A stretch of DNA of 34,750 nt from Candidatus Eiseniibacteriota bacterium (lineage in GTDB: Bacteria > Eisenbacteria > RBG-16-71-46 > SZUA-252). The notes below the pieces were generated by a model that ran no database searches, was not told where the DNA came from, and saw nothing but the letters and a program-made list of their open reading frames with translations. Shown in pieces: positions 17,571 to 29,097 of this stretch (positions are counted from its first letter, which is position 1; every line of letters begins with the position of its first letter). Both the position numbers and the translations under genes were made by a program. The stretch spans positions 1 through 34,750 of the forward strand of contig QJVW01000148.1 of assembly GCA_003235575.1 (NCBI GenBank), in the 5' to 3' direction.

Positions 17571-19250
17571 CTACTCGCGGATCAGTCGCTTGTACTTGAG
17601 TCGGTGGGGCTGGTCCGCCTCCGCGCCGAGGCGGGCGCGGCGGTTCGCTTCGTAGTCCTGGAAGTTACCCTCGAACCAGACGACGCTGCCGTCGTCCTCG
17701 AACGCGATCATGTGGGTCGCGATACGGTCCAGGAACCATCGATCGTGCGTGATGACGACCACGCACCCCGCGAACTCCAAGATCGCCTCCTCCAGCGCGC
17801 GAAGGGTATCGACGTCGAGATCGTTCGTGGGCTCGTCCAGGAGGAGGACGTTTCCGCCCGATTTCAGGAGTTTCGCCAGGTGGACGCGATTCCGCTCTCC
17901 ACCCGAGAGGTTCTTCACGAGCTTCTGTTGGTCCGATCCCTTGAAGTTGAACGAGGCGACGTACGATCGGGAGGGAACCTCGCGATCGCCGAGCGCCACG
18001 GTATCCTTGCCGTCCGAGATCTCCTCCCAAACCGTCCGCGTCCCCTCGAGGGCGTCGCGCGACTGGTCGACGTAGGCGATCTTCACCGTCTCGCCCAGAC
18101 GGAGATGGCCCGCGTCGGGCTTCTCCAGCCGCGCGATCAGTCGGAAGAGCGTCGTCTTGCCCGCGCCGTTCGGTCCGATCACGCCGATGATCCCGCCGGG
18201 CGGGAGCGTGAACGTCAGCTGGTCGATCAGGATCCGGTCCCCGTATCCCTTCACCAGGTCCTTCGTCTCGACCACGAGATTGCCGAGGCGCGGGCCGGCG
18301 GGAATGGTGATCTCCTGGATTTCCTGACGTTTCTCGTGATCCTCGGCCAGCAACCGCTCGTACGCCGCGACGCGCGCCTTGCTCTTCGCCTGTCGCGCGC
18401 GCGGCGACATGCGAACCCACTCCAACTCGCGCGCCAGCGTGCGCTGACGGGCGCTTTCCTGCTTCTCCTCCATGGCCAGGCGCTGCTGCTTCTGCTCCAG
18501 CCAGGAGGAGTAATTCCCCTCCCACGGGATGCCGCGGCCGCGATCGAGTTCCAGGATCCAGCCGGCGACGTTGTCGAGGAAATACCGGTCGTGGGTCACG
18601 GCGACCACCGTGCCCGGATATTCGTGGAGGAACCGTTCCAGCCACGCGACGGACTCGGCGTCCAGGTGGTTCGTCGGCTCGTCGAGCAGCAGCATGTCGG
18701 GACGGGAGAGCAGCAATTGGCAGAGCGCCACGCGACGGCGCTCGCCGCCGGATAGCGTGGAGACGTCGGCGTCGCCGGGGGGAACGCGGAGCGCGTCCAT
18801 CGCGATCTCCACGGTCCGATCGAGTTCCCAGGCGTTTCGCGTTTCGATCTCGGTCATGACCTTGCCATGCTCGTCCATGACCTTTTCCATTTCCTCGGGC
18901 TCCAGCGCCTCGCCCAATTTCAAATTCAGTTCGTTGAATCGGTCGAGCAGGGCTCTCGTCTCGGCGACGCCTTCCATGACGTTTCCGAGAACGTCCTTCG
19001 AGGGATCGAGGGGCGGCTCCTGCGGCAGGAACCCGACCTTGAGCCCCTTCGCGGGCCGGGCTTCGCCGGCGGAGGGCTCCTCGATGCCGGCCATGATCCG
19101 CAGCAGCGTGCTCTTTCCGGCGCCGTTCAGTCCGAGCACGCCGATCTTGGCGCCGGGATAGAACGACAGCGAAATGTCCTTCAAGACTTCACGGGCGGGG
19201 GGATAGACCTTGCCCACCCGGTGCATCGTATAGACGTATTGGGGAGCCAT
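17571..19250 (-). CDS. ettA: Energy-dependent translational throttle protein EttA (ABC-F ATPase)
   Basis: 559 aa. N-terminus [18 protein letters not shown]. Two ABC cassettes with Walker [10 protein letters not shown] / GPNGAGKTT and LSGGE signatures, joined by a PtIM-like linker. Confidence 0.95.
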   Translation of the reverse strand: MAPQYVYTMHRVGKVYPPAREVLKDISLSFYPGAKIGVLGLNGAGKSTLLRIMAGIEEPSAGEARPAKGLKVGFLPQEPPLDPSKDVLGNVMEGVAETRALLDRFNELNLKLGEALEPEEMEKVMDEHGKVMTEIETRNAWELDRTVEIAMDALRVPPGDADVSTLSGGERRRVALCQLLLSRPDMLLLDEPTNHLDAESVAWLERFLHEYPGTVVAVTHDRYFLDNVAGWILELDRGRGIPWEGNYSSWLEQKQQRLAMEEKQESARQRTLARELEWVRMSPRARQAKSKARVAAYERLLAEDHEKRQEIQEITIPAGPRLGNLVVETKDLVKGYGDRILIDQLTFTLPPGGIIGVIGPNGAGKTTLFRLIARLEKPDAGHLRLGETVKIAYVDQSRDALEGTRTVWEEISDGKDTVALGDREVPSRSYVASFNFKGSDQQKLVKNLSGGERNRVHLAKLLKSGGNVLLLDEPTNDLDVDTLRALEEAILEFAGCVVVITHDRWFLDRIATHMIAFEDDGSVVWFEGNFQDYEANRRARLGAEADQPHRLKYKRLIRE

Positions 19251-19399
19251 CGCTTGGTGCCCTCGAATCGATCGTGTTGGAATGGTCGCGGGGGAGGCGC
19301 GTGCAAGGCGGCGTGCCGCGGTTCGATTCGGAGTATATACTCATCGTCCCAAAGCCGCCAAGGACACCTCGGCGCTCTCGACCCGACCAGGAGGTACGC

Positions 19400-19636
19400 A
19401 TGCCAGGCACGACGATCACCATTCGCAACAACGGATCGATCCGCGTGGAAGGAGACTTCACGATTCTCGACCAGGAGGGCCGCGCGTTCGATCTGAGCGG
19501 CCGCACGGCCATCTCGCTCTGCCGCTGCGGGCACTCCGCGAACAAGCCGTTCTGCGATTCCGCCCACAGGGAATGCAACTTCACGTCCGAAGTGCACGCC
19601 CGCGTGTTGCCGCCGCCCGCGCCCAAACCGGCCTGA
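19400..19636 (+). CDS. CDGSH-type iron-sulfur domain protein
   Basis: AGGAGG RBS. 78 aa. CRCGHSANKPFCDSAH fits C-x-C-x2-S-x3-P-x-C-D-x2-H. Confidence 0.75.
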   Translation: MPGTTITIRNNGSIRVEGDFTILDQEGRAFDLSGRTAISLCRCGHSANKPFCDSAHRECNFTSEVHARVLPPPAPKPA

Positions 19637-19752
19637 GGCCGCCGGGGACACCCCTGGCGGCGACGGGCGGCGAAGCGTATGATGCACTTCTTCGACTCCC
19701 CGCGCCGCGCCACCCCCCTCGAACGCGCGGCGGCTCGAACCGGAGGTACCCA

Positions 19753-21810
19753 TTGCACGTCGCCGAACCCGAGTCCTCGACCAAGACGCGAACCCTCCAC
19801 GCCGCACGTAACCCCAAGGGGCGCCCGCTCATCGCCGAAGATCTGTGGCGCATGAAACGAGTCGGTGCGCCCATGCCCGCCCCGGACGGCTCATTTCTCA
19901 TCGTGCCGGTCACCGCGTTCGACGTGGACGCCAACCGGGGCAGGACCCGGCTTTGGCGCGTCCCCAGCGGGGGCGGCGAGCCGCGTCCGCTGACCTCCGA
20001 GGACGCAAACGCGACCGAGCCGAGGATTTCGCCCGACGGAAGCCGCGTGGCGTTCACGCGAACCGCCCATGAAGCAAAGCCCCAGATCGCCCTTCTTCGG
20101 TTCGACGGCGGGGAAGCCGAGGTCCTGACGGACCTTCCCCTGGGCGCGGGGGATGCCCGCTGGTTCCCGGATGGCCGGCGGATCGCGTTCGTCGCCATGC
20201 TCCTTGCCGACGCGCCGACGCCGGCGGGCACCAAGGAGTTGCTCGCGTCACGCCAGCGGGATCCCGTCAAGGCGCACGTGACCGAGGATCGGCTCTACCG
20301 GTTCTGGGATCGGTGGCTTACCGGGGGGGAGCGGCCCCACCTCTTCGTGCTCGATGTCGAGACGCGGACCCTCACCGACCTCACGCCGCGGGGAACCGGC
20401 TGGTTCGAGCTGATGGAGCCGTCCGGACAGTTCGACATCGCGCCGGACGGATCGGAGATCGCCTTCGTCGCGAACGCGAGCGACCCGCCGCATCACTTGC
20501 TCCGCTGGGCGCTCCACACCGTGCCCACGGACGGCTCGGGCGACATTCGCTGTCTGACGCCCCGCGAAGCGATGCCCGACGTGGCCGACGCGCACCGGCC
20601 GCGCTACAGCCCCGACGGCAAGACGATCGTGTACGGCATCCAGCGGGATCCCTATTTCTACGCCGATCGCGTCCGTCTGGTCCGGTACGACCGGGCGACC
20701 GGTCGCCACACGGTCGTGAACGAGGCCTGGGACCGATCCCCGTCCGCCTGGGAATTCACGCGCGACGGCACCCTCGTGATGGAGGTCGAGGATCGCGGCG
20801 CGCCGCGGCTCTTCACGCTCGCGCCCGACGCCGCCGATCCCGTCGTGCAACAGCGGGAGGGGGCCGTCGCGAACGTGACGCCCGGCGCCGACGGGCGGCT
20901 CTACTTCACGCACCAGACCGCGGCGTCGCCCGCGGAGGCGGTGTCGTGCCGTCCGGATGGAGCGGACTTCCGGCGGGAGACGTCGTTCAACGACGCGCTC
21001 CTCGCTCCGATCGCGACGGGCGAAGTCCGGGAGATGACGATCGCCGGCGCGAACGGCGATCCCGTTCAGATGTACGTCGTGCTCCCGCCGGGGCACGACG
21101 CGTCGAAACGGTACCCGTTGGTGCACGTCATCCACGGCGGCCCGCACGGCATCAGCGCCGACAGTTTCCACTTCCGCTGGAATCTCCAAGCGTTCGCGGC
21201 GCCGGGCTACGTCGTCGCGGCCGTCAACTTCCACGGGTCGACCTCCTGGGGACAGGAGTTCGCAGCCTCCATCCTCGGCGAGCAGGGCGACAAGCCGCTC
21301 GTGGACATCGAGCGGGCCAGCGACGCGCTGATCGCGGCGGGCCTTGTCGACGAATCGAGGATGGCGATCACCGGCGGCTCCTACGGCGGATACCTCGTCT
21401 GCTGGATCGCATCGCAGACCGACCGCTACCGCTGCGCGGTGAACCATGCCGGCGTCTACGACCTCCTGGCGCAGTACGCCAGCGACGTGACGCAGGGACG
21501 CCACGTCTCCTACGGAGGGGAGCCGTGGGATCGCATCGAGGCGATCGATCGCAACAATCCCGCCCGGTCCGCCCGGGGTTTCACGACGCCGATGCTGATC
21601 CTGCACGGGGAACGCGACTATCGCGTGCCCCACACGCAGGCGCTGGCCGTGTACAACGTCTACAAGGCGAAGGGCGAGGCGGCGCGCCTGGTCTTCTTCC
21701 CGGACGAAAACCACTGGATTCTGAAACCGCAGAATTCCATTGTGTGGAATCGCGAAGTGAACGCATGGCTTCACCGCTACCTCGCCGACGCCTCGGCGAA
21801 ACGAGCGTAG
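19753..21810 (+). CDS. S9-family serine peptidase (prolyl oligopeptidase/acylaminoacyl-peptidase type, N-terminal beta-propeller)
   Basis: Nucleophile elbow ITGGSYGGY. Downstream GERDYRVPHTQ supplies the Asp/His. The N-terminus IAEDLWRMKRVGAPMPAPDGSF is typical for this family. Start assigned to TTG 19753, with GGAGGT 5 nt upstream. The first in-frame ATG is 19852. Confidence 0.8.
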   Translation: MHVAEPESSTKTRTLHAARNPKGRPLIAEDLWRMKRVGAPMPAPDGSFLIVPVTAFDVDANRGRTRLWRVPSGGGEPRPLTSEDANATEPRISPDGSRVAFTRTAHEAKPQIALLRFDGGEAEVLTDLPLGAGDARWFPDGRRIAFVAMLLADAPTPAGTKELLASRQRDPVKAHVTEDRLYRFWDRWLTGGERPHLFVLDVETRTLTDLTPRGTGWFELMEPSGQFDIAPDGSEIAFVANASDPPHHLLRWALHTVPTDGSGDIRCLTPREAMPDVADAHRPRYSPDGKTIVYGIQRDPYFYADRVRLVRYDRATGRHTVVNEAWDRSPSAWEFTRDGTLVMEVEDRGAPRLFTLAPDAADPVVQQREGAVANVTPGADGRLYFTHQTAASPAEAVSCRPDGADFRRETSFNDALLAPIATGEVREMTIAGANGDPVQMYVVLPPGHDASKRYPLVHVIHGGPHGISADSFHFRWNLQAFAAPGYVVAAVNFHGSTSWGQEFAASILGEQGDKPLVDIERASDALIAAGLVDESRMAITGGSYGGYLVCWIASQTDRYRCAVNHAGVYDLLAQYASDVTQGRHVSYGGEPWDRIEAIDRNNPARSARGFTTPMLILHGERDYRVPHTQALAVYNVYKAKGEAARLVFFPDENHWILKPQNSIVWNREVNAWLHRYLADASAKRA

Positions 21811-21851
21811 CGGGCAGCGTCCCTGGGGGGCATTTCCACAAGGAGGATTCG

Positions 21852-22499
21852 ATGGAACGAACGCATCATCGCGTACGTCGTGGACTCGGAACGGTCGTGA
21901 TGGCCGCGGTCCTGCTGGGCGCGGTCGCCGGGTGCGGCGGCGGCACCGCCGAAGCCGAGAAGGAGAAGACGGAAACGCTGACCGCGGGAACGGTCTTCGT
22001 GGCCTCCCTCCAGTCCACCGTCGCCACCGACAAGAACAAGGTCGGAGACGCGATCGCGCTTCGCACGATCGAGCCCGTGCGCGTCAACGAGATGGAGGTC
22101 GTTCCGGCCGGCGCGACGATCCGCGGCGAAGTGACGCACGTCGATCCCGCCGGGCGCATCGCGGGAGGCGCCGAGCTGACGCTTCGCTTCACGACGCTCG
22201 AGACCGCGGACGGCACGAGCTACGCGATCTCGTGCACGCCGTTCCGGGTCAAGGGGAAAGGTGACGCGAAGGAGAGCGCGCTCGAGATCGGCGGCGGCGC
22301 GGTCGCCGGCGGCGTCGTGGGCGGCATTCTCGGCGGCAAGAAGGACATCGCGAAGGGAGCGGCGGCGGGGGCCATCATCGGCACCGGCGTCGCAGTAGCC
22401 ACGAAGGGGGATCAGATCGTCCTACCCGCGGGGCAGAAGATGAAGGTCGCGCTCGACGCGCCCGTCACCGTGACGCTCCCCAAGCCGGCCACCTCGTAG
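21852..22499 (+). CDS. Lipoprotein with C-terminal glycine-zipper segment
   Basis: AGGAGG RBS. Lipobox LLGAVAGC. Gly-zipper EIGGGAVAGGVVGGILGGKKDIAKGAAAGAIIGTGVAVA. Confidence 0.65.
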   Translation: MERTHHRVRRGLGTVVMAAVLLGAVAGCGGGTAEAEKEKTETLTAGTVFVASLQSTVATDKNKVGDAIALRTIEPVRVNEMEVVPAGATIRGEVTHVDPAGRIAGGAELTLRFTTLETADGTSYAISCTPFRVKGKGDAKESALEIGGGAVAGGVVGGILGGKKDIAKGAAAGAIIGTGVAVATKGDQIVLPAGQKMKVALDAPVTVTLPKPATS

Positions 22500-22527
22500 T
22501 TCCGAGCGAGGAGCCCGAAGGCCGTCC

Positions 22528-23640
22528 ATGAACTGGTCCTGGCGCGTCGCGACGATCGCCGGCATTCCGGTTCGCATTCACGTCACCTTCGGGCTCCTCC
22601 TCCTCTTCATCTTCGGACTCCACCTCGCGGGCGGCAGCGGGGTGGTGCGCTCCCTCGAGGGAGTTGGCCTCATCGTCGCCGTGTTCGGCTGCGTCGTTCT
22701 CCACGAATTCGGCCACGCCCTCGCCGCCCGGCGCTACGGGGTACGCACGCGGGACATCACGATCCTTCCCATCGGGGGCCTGGCGCGCCTGGAGCGGATT
22801 CCGACAAAGCCGTTCCAGGAGATCGTGGTCGCGTTGGCCGGCCCGGCGGTGAATTTCCTGATCGCCTCGCTGCTCTTCGCGCACTTCTCCCTGACGGCCT
22901 TCGCCGACGGCGGGCAGCCCGCGCAACTGGCGGCGAGCCTCCAAGGCAACTTCCTCGCGGAACTCCTGGTGATCAACCTCTTCCTCGCGATCTTCAATCT
23001 CGTGCCCGCCTTTCCCATGGACGGGGGGCGGGTCCTACGGGCGGTGCTGGCGATTCGTCTCGACTACGTCCGCGCCACGCGCATCGCGGCCTCCGTGGGG
23101 CAGGGGATCGCGCTCGTGTTCGCGGTGCTGGGGATCTTCGGAAACCCCATGCTCCTCTTCATCGCGCTGTTCGTCTTCATGGGCGCCGGGCAGGAAGCGG
23201 CCCAGGTTCAGATGCGGTCCGCGTTCGACGGCGTTCCCGTCGCGCGGGCGATGGTCCGGGAATTCCACGTTCTGCGCGAGGACGCGCCGCTCGCCGTCGC
23301 GGTGGAATTCCTGCTCGCGGGGCACCAGCACGACTTCCCGGTCGTGGGACTGGGGCCCGGCGCGCCCGCGGTGGGGATGCTTCTGCGCTCGGATCTGATG
23401 AAAGCGCTGGCGGGGGGCGACACGGCCCGTCCGATCCGCGATGTCGTCAAGACGGGCTGCGGCGTGGCCCATCCGATGGAACTGCTGGAGCCGGTCTTTC
23501 AGCGGATGCAGGAACGCGGTTGCTCCGCCATGCCCGTCGTGGACGATGCCGGCGCCGTCGTCGGCATGCTGACGCTGGAAAACGTAGGGGAGTTGGCCGC
23601 GATTCAGGCGGCGCTCCGCCGTCCCGGCGCCGGCGCCTAG
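22528..23640 (+). CDS. M50-family (site-2-protease-like) metalloprotease with tandem C-terminal CBS domains
   Basis: [13 protein letters not shown] (HExxH) in a TM helix. [17 protein letters not shown] (LDG motif). The C-terminal ~130 aa carry two CBS-like repeats. Confidence 0.85.
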   Translation: MNWSWRVATIAGIPVRIHVTFGLLLLFIFGLHLAGGSGVVRSLEGVGLIVAVFGCVVLHEFGHALAARRYGVRTRDITILPIGGLARLERIPTKPFQEIVVALAGPAVNFLIASLLFAHFSLTAFADGGQPAQLAASLQGNFLAELLVINLFLAIFNLVPAFPMDGGRVLRAVLAIRLDYVRATRIAASVGQGIALVFAVLGIFGNPMLLFIALFVFMGAGQEAAQVQMRSAFDGVPVARAMVREFHVLREDAPLAVAVEFLLAGHQHDFPVVGLGPGAPAVGMLLRSDLMKALAGGDTARPIRDVVKTGCGVAHPMELLEPVFQRMQERGCSAMPVVDDAGAVVGMLTLENVGELAAIQAALRRPGAGA

Positions 23641-23720
23641 ATTCGCGCGCGCGCGCCGCCGCCCCCGGCGCAGCGATCCCCCCTTTCCCTCTATGGCCGA
23701 AGGGATTAGAGTGTCCCCCC

Positions 23721-25328
<1,608 letters not shown>

Positions 25329-25365
25329 GCCGCACATCCCGAAACGAGAAGGGCCTGAAGCAACC

Positions 25366-26175
25366 ATGAATCCATCCACCTACACGCGACTTCGCCTCGA
25401 CCGCGACGGCGCCGTGGCGCGCCTGACGCTGGCCCGTCCCGAAGTCCGCAACGCGTTCGACGACGTCCTCATCGGGGAGATCGGCGACGCGTGCGCCATG
25501 CTCCGCGCGGAGTCGGAGCGCGATGTCGCGGCGGCCCCGCGCGCCGTCGTCATCACCGGCGACGGCGTCGCGTTCTGCGCCGGCGCCGACATGAACTGGA
25601 TGCGGCGGAGCGCCCGGTACACGCGCGAGGAGAACGAGGCCGACGCGCGCCGCTTCGCGGGCGTGCTTCGCGCGCTGGACGAGTTGCCGATTCCCACGAT
25701 CGCGCGCGTGAACGGCACGTGCTTGGGCGGCGGCATGGGCCTCATTTCCTGCTGCGATATGGTGGTGGCGGTCGAGAACGCGGACTTCGGCTTCACCGAG
25801 GTGCGCCTCGGCATCGCGCCGGCCGTGATCTCCACGTTCGTCCTTCCGAAGATCGGACCGGCGGCGGCACGGCGCTACTTTCTCACCGGCGAGATCTTCA
25901 AGGCGCCCGTCGCGCGGGCGATGGGGCTGGTGCACGAGGTGACGGACGCCGATGGCCTCGACGCGACGGTGGAACGACTCGTCGCCGCGCTTCGCGGGAA
26001 CGGACCGAACGCTGTCGCCGCGGCGAAGCGCGTCATCCGTGAGGGGATGTCGCTCTCACGGGACGAGTCGATCGAGCACACCGCGCGGACCATCGCGGGC
26101 CTGCGCACGTCCCCGGAGGGGCAGGAAGGGCTCGGCGCCTTTCTCGAGAAGCGCCGCCCTTCGTGGAAGCAGTGA
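25366..26175 (+). CDS. liuC: Enoyl-CoA hydratase/crotonase family (putative methylglutaconyl-CoA hydratase)
   Basis: Crotonase fold (AFCAGADM...). Function inferred from its position between the MCCase beta and alpha genes. Confidence 0.7.
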   Translation: MNPSTYTRLRLDRDGAVARLTLARPEVRNAFDDVLIGEIGDACAMLRAESERDVAAAPRAVVITGDGVAFCAGADMNWMRRSARYTREENEADARRFAGVLRALDELPIPTIARVNGTCLGGGMGLISCCDMVVAVENADFGFTEVRLGIAPAVISTFVLPKIGPAAARRYFLTGEIFKAPVARAMGLVHEVTDADGLDATVERLVAALRGNGPNAVAAAKRVIREGMSLSRDESIEHTARTIAGLRTSPEGQEGLGAFLEKRRPSWKQ

Positions 26176-27674
26176 GCGCCCGCGCATTCCGGAAGGTCCT
26201 CGTCGCCAACCGGGCCGAGATCGCGGTCCGGGTTTGCCGCACGCTTCGCGACATGGAGATTCCCTCGGTCGCCGTCTACTCGGAGGCCGATCGGGGCGCC
26301 CTCCACGTTCGCGCCGCGGACGAGGCGGTGTGTCTCGGACCGCCCGCGCCCTCCGACTCCTACCTGAACATCGCCGCCGTGCTGGACGCCGCGCGCGCCA
26401 CCGGCGCCGACGCGATTCATCCGGGCTACGGCTTTCTCTCCCAGAGCGCGCCCTTCGCCAGGGCCTGCGCCGACGCCGGCGTCACGTTCATCGGGCCCTC
26501 GGCGGACAGCATGGAGATCCTGGGCGACAAGGCATCGTCGCGCCGCGCCGCGCAACGGTGCGGCGTCCCCACGATTCCGGGCGTCGAAGGTGTCGCCGAC
26601 GTGGACGCGGCCCTGACGGAAGCCGATCGTCTCGGCTACCCCGTGCTGCTGAAGGCGGTGGGCGGGGGCGGCGGGCGCGGCATGCGGCGCGCCGCGAACG
26701 CCGAGGAGCTTCGCGCGGCCTTCGAGGGCGCGCGTCGCGAGGCCAAGGCGTCGTTCGACGATGATCGTCTGTTCCTCGAAAAGCTCGTTCATCCGGCGCG
26801 TCACGTCGAGATTCAGATCCTGGGCGACGGCCGCGACGCGATCGCCCTGGGCGAGCGCGAGTGCAGCCTGCAGCGCCGGTACCAGAAGATCATCGAGGAG
26901 TCGCCGTGCGCCGTGCTCGACGCGAAGACGCGCGCGGCGATGGAGCAGGCCGCGGTGGCGCTTTCGCGCGAGGCGCGCTACGCCGGCGCCGGCACGGTCG
27001 AGTTCCTGCTGGGGCCGGATGGCGCGTACTACTTTCTCGAGGTCAACACACGGCTCCAGGTGGAGCACCCCGTGACCGAAATGCGCACGGGGCTCGACCT
27101 GGTGCGGGCGCAAATCGAGATCGCCGCGGGCGGCCCGCTTCCGACGAAGCCGACGCCGCGCGGCCACGCGATCGAGGCGCGCCTGAACGCCGAGGATCCG
27201 TACCACGGATTCCTGCCGCAAACCGGTCGCATCCTGAACCTCCGGTGGCCGGGCGGCGACGGCGTGCGCGTCGACGCGGGCGTGGCGTCGGGCCACGCGG
27301 TCCACGCGCACTACGACTCGCTCCTCGCGAAGGTGATCGTTCACGGGGCCGACCGCGAGGAGGCGCGCCTCGGCCTGATCGCGGCGCTGGAGTCGCTGGT
27401 CCTCCTCGGGCTGACCACGAACCAGTCCCTGCTGCTGGATCTCCTTCACGACGATGCCTTCGCCGGCGCGCAGACATTCACGCACACGCTGGAATCGAGG
27501 GAGTGGCCGGGTCCGAGCAGCCTTCCGGACGAGGCCTTCCTTGCCGCCGCCGTGGCGCTTCATGCGCCGCCCGCCGGCGCGGCGGGGAGGGAGGACGCGG
27601 ACCGGTTCAGCCCGTGGCTCCGCCTCGGCCCATGGAACCGCGCGTCCGCGGCCGACGACGGGGTCGCTCGATGA
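26163..27674 (+). CDS. liuD: Biotin carboxylase portion of the MCCase alpha subunit, with no BCCP domain
   Basis: GTG start. ATP-grasp biotin carboxylase (KVLVANRAEIAVRV...GYPVLLKAVGGGGGRGMR...EVNTRLQVEHPVTE). It ends at a TGA that overlaps the next ATG. Confidence 0.85.
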   Translation: MEAVSARAFRKVLVANRAEIAVRVCRTLRDMEIPSVAVYSEADRGALHVRAADEAVCLGPPAPSDSYLNIAAVLDAARATGADAIHPGYGFLSQSAPFARACADAGVTFIGPSADSMEILGDKASSRRAAQRCGVPTIPGVEGVADVDAALTEADRLGYPVLLKAVGGGGGRGMRRAANAEELRAAFEGARREAKASFDDDRLFLEKLVHPARHVEIQILGDGRDAIALGERECSLQRRYQKIIEESPCAVLDAKTRAAMEQAAVALSREARYAGAGTVEFLLGPDGAYYFLEVNTRLQVEHPVTEMRTGLDLVRAQIEIAAGGPLPTKPTPRGHAIEARLNAEDPYHGFLPQTGRILNLRWPGGDGVRVDAGVASGHAVHAHYDSLLAKVIVHGADREEARLGLIAALESLVLLGLTTNQSLLLDLLHDDAFAGAQTFTHTLESREWPGPSSLPDEAFLAAAVALHAPPAGAAGREDADRFSPWLRLGPWNRASAADDGVAR

Positions 27675-28183
27675 GCCGCCGCGTCGTATTCCGATGGGGC
27701 GGAAAGCACCCGGAGGGCGCCGTGGCGTTTCAGGCCGGGTCGGTGTCCCTGGAGCGGGACGGCCGGACGGTGCGCGCGGACTACAGCCGCGACGGGGGCT
27801 GGATCACGCTACGGGTGGGGGATGACGTGCATCGCGTCGCCGTCGCCCGGGATGCCCGGGGACTCTGGGTCTCGTGGCGCGGACGGACCTTCCTCGTCGT
27901 GCCGGAGGGACGGGACGGTGGCCCGCGCGGCGCGGCCGACGCGCCGGATGAAATTCGCGCGCCCATGACCGGCCGCGTGGTCTCGATCACGGCCGCGGGC
28001 GGCGCGGCCGTCCGCGAGGGGGACCTGCTCCTCACGATCGAGGCGATGAAGATGGAGTTCAAGTTGACCGCCCCCGAGGACGGTTCGGTGCTCGAGGTGG
28101 CCTGCGCGGAGGGGGATCGCGTCGAGCTGGGGCAGCTGCTGGTGCGGCTGAAGCCGGCGGCCGATCCGGAGGCCGAGGCGTGA
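27671..28183 (+). CDS. Separate BT-domain plus biotin-carboxyl-carrier (biotinyl) protein
   Basis: 170 aa. C-terminal biotin attachment motif IEAMKMEFKLTAP. The N-terminal beta-rich region resembles the BC-CT interaction (BT) domain. ATGA overlap with the BC gene. Confidence 0.7.
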   Translation: MSRRVVFRWGGKHPEGAVAFQAGSVSLERDGRTVRADYSRDGGWITLRVGDDVHRVAVARDARGLWVSWRGRTFLVVPEGRDGGPRGAADAPDEIRAPMTGRVVSITAAGGAAVREGDLLLTIEAMKMEFKLTAPEDGSVLEVACAEGDRVELGQLLVRLKPAADPEAEA

Positions 28184-29097
28184 AGGTTCGGATCGTCGAG
28201 ATGGCGCCTCGCGACGGCCTCCAGAACGAGCAGGCGCGGATTCCCACCGAAACGAAGGTCGCGCTCGTCGACGCCCTCTCCGAGGCGGGGTACGACGAGA
28301 TCGAGGTGAGCGCCTTCGTCGCTCCGAAATGGGTTCCCCAACTGGCCGACGCCGCCGAGGTGTTCGCGCGCATTCGGCGCCGCGAGGGCGTGACGTATGC
28401 CGCGCTCGTGCCGAACGAACAGGGGCTGGATCGCGCGATCGAGGCGCGCGCGGACAAGGTGGCGGTGTTCACCGCGGCCTCGGAGACGTTCAACCGGAAG
28501 AACATCAACGCGTCGATCGACGAATCGATCGCGCGATTCGCCCCCGTCGTGCCGCGCGCCAGAGCCGCCGGCATGCGCGTGCGCGGGTATGTCTCGACCG
28601 CGTTCTGGTGCCCCTACGAAGGGGCCATCGCGCCGGGGCCCGTCGTGGCGGTGGCGAAGCAGCTGATCGACCTCGGCGTGGACGAGCTTTCGATCGGCGA
28701 CACGATCGGCAAAGCGAAGCCCGAGGAGGTGAACGCGCTCCTCGACCGGCTGCTCGATGCCGTGCCGCAGGATCAAATCGCGTTCCACTTCCACGACACC
28801 TACGGGCTCGCGACGGCGAACGCCGTGGCCGCCTACGAGCGGGGCATCACCGTCTTCGACGCCTCGGCGGGCGGTGTCGGGGGTTGTCCGTACGCGCCGG
28901 GCGCCGCCGGGAACGTGGGAACGGAAGAACTGGTGGTGGCATTGCGCGCGGCGGGGGCGGAGATCGCGCTCGATCTCGCCGGCGTCAGCGCCGCGTCCGC
29001 GCTCTTGGCTTCCGCGCTCGGGAGGACGCTGGGGCGCCGCGCCCGGCCTTCGACGCCGAACGGGGCTTCTTCTTCGGGGTCGCCGCCCGCTTCGTAG
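28180..29097 (+). CDS. liuE: Hydroxymethylglutaryl-CoA lyase
   Basis: GTG start overlaps the previous TGA. MKVRIVEMAPRDGLQNE...HFHDTYGLATANAVAAYERGITVFDASAGGVGGCPYAPGAAGN. The 3' end is uncertain: the last ~110 bp overlap an antisense CDS. Confidence 0.85.
   Translation: MKVRIVEMAPRDGLQNEQARIPTETKVALVDALSEAGYDEIEVSAFVAPKWVPQLADAAEVFARIRRREGVTYAALVPNEQGLDRAIEARADKVAVFTAASETFNRKNINASIDESIARFAPVVPRARAAGMRVRGYVSTAFWCPYEGAIAPGPVVAVAKQLIDLGVDELSIGDTIGKAKPEEVNALLDRLLDAVPQDQIAFHFHDTYGLATANAVAAYERGITVFDASAGGVGGCPYAPGAAGNVGTEELVVALRAAGAEIALDLAGVSAASALLASALGRTLGRRARPSTPNGASSSGSPPAS

Noticed and set aside
17472-18755. 427-aa plus-strand and 326-aa minus-strand ORFs within ettA
   Set aside because: Antisense or off-frame relative to ettA, with Arg/Gly-rich low-complexity sequence.
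20248-21774. 508-aa minus-strand ORF and the N-terminal part of 728-aa ORF 20313..22499
   Set aside because: Antisense or off-frame to the S9 peptidase. Only 21852..22499 of the latter is supported (RBS, lipobox).
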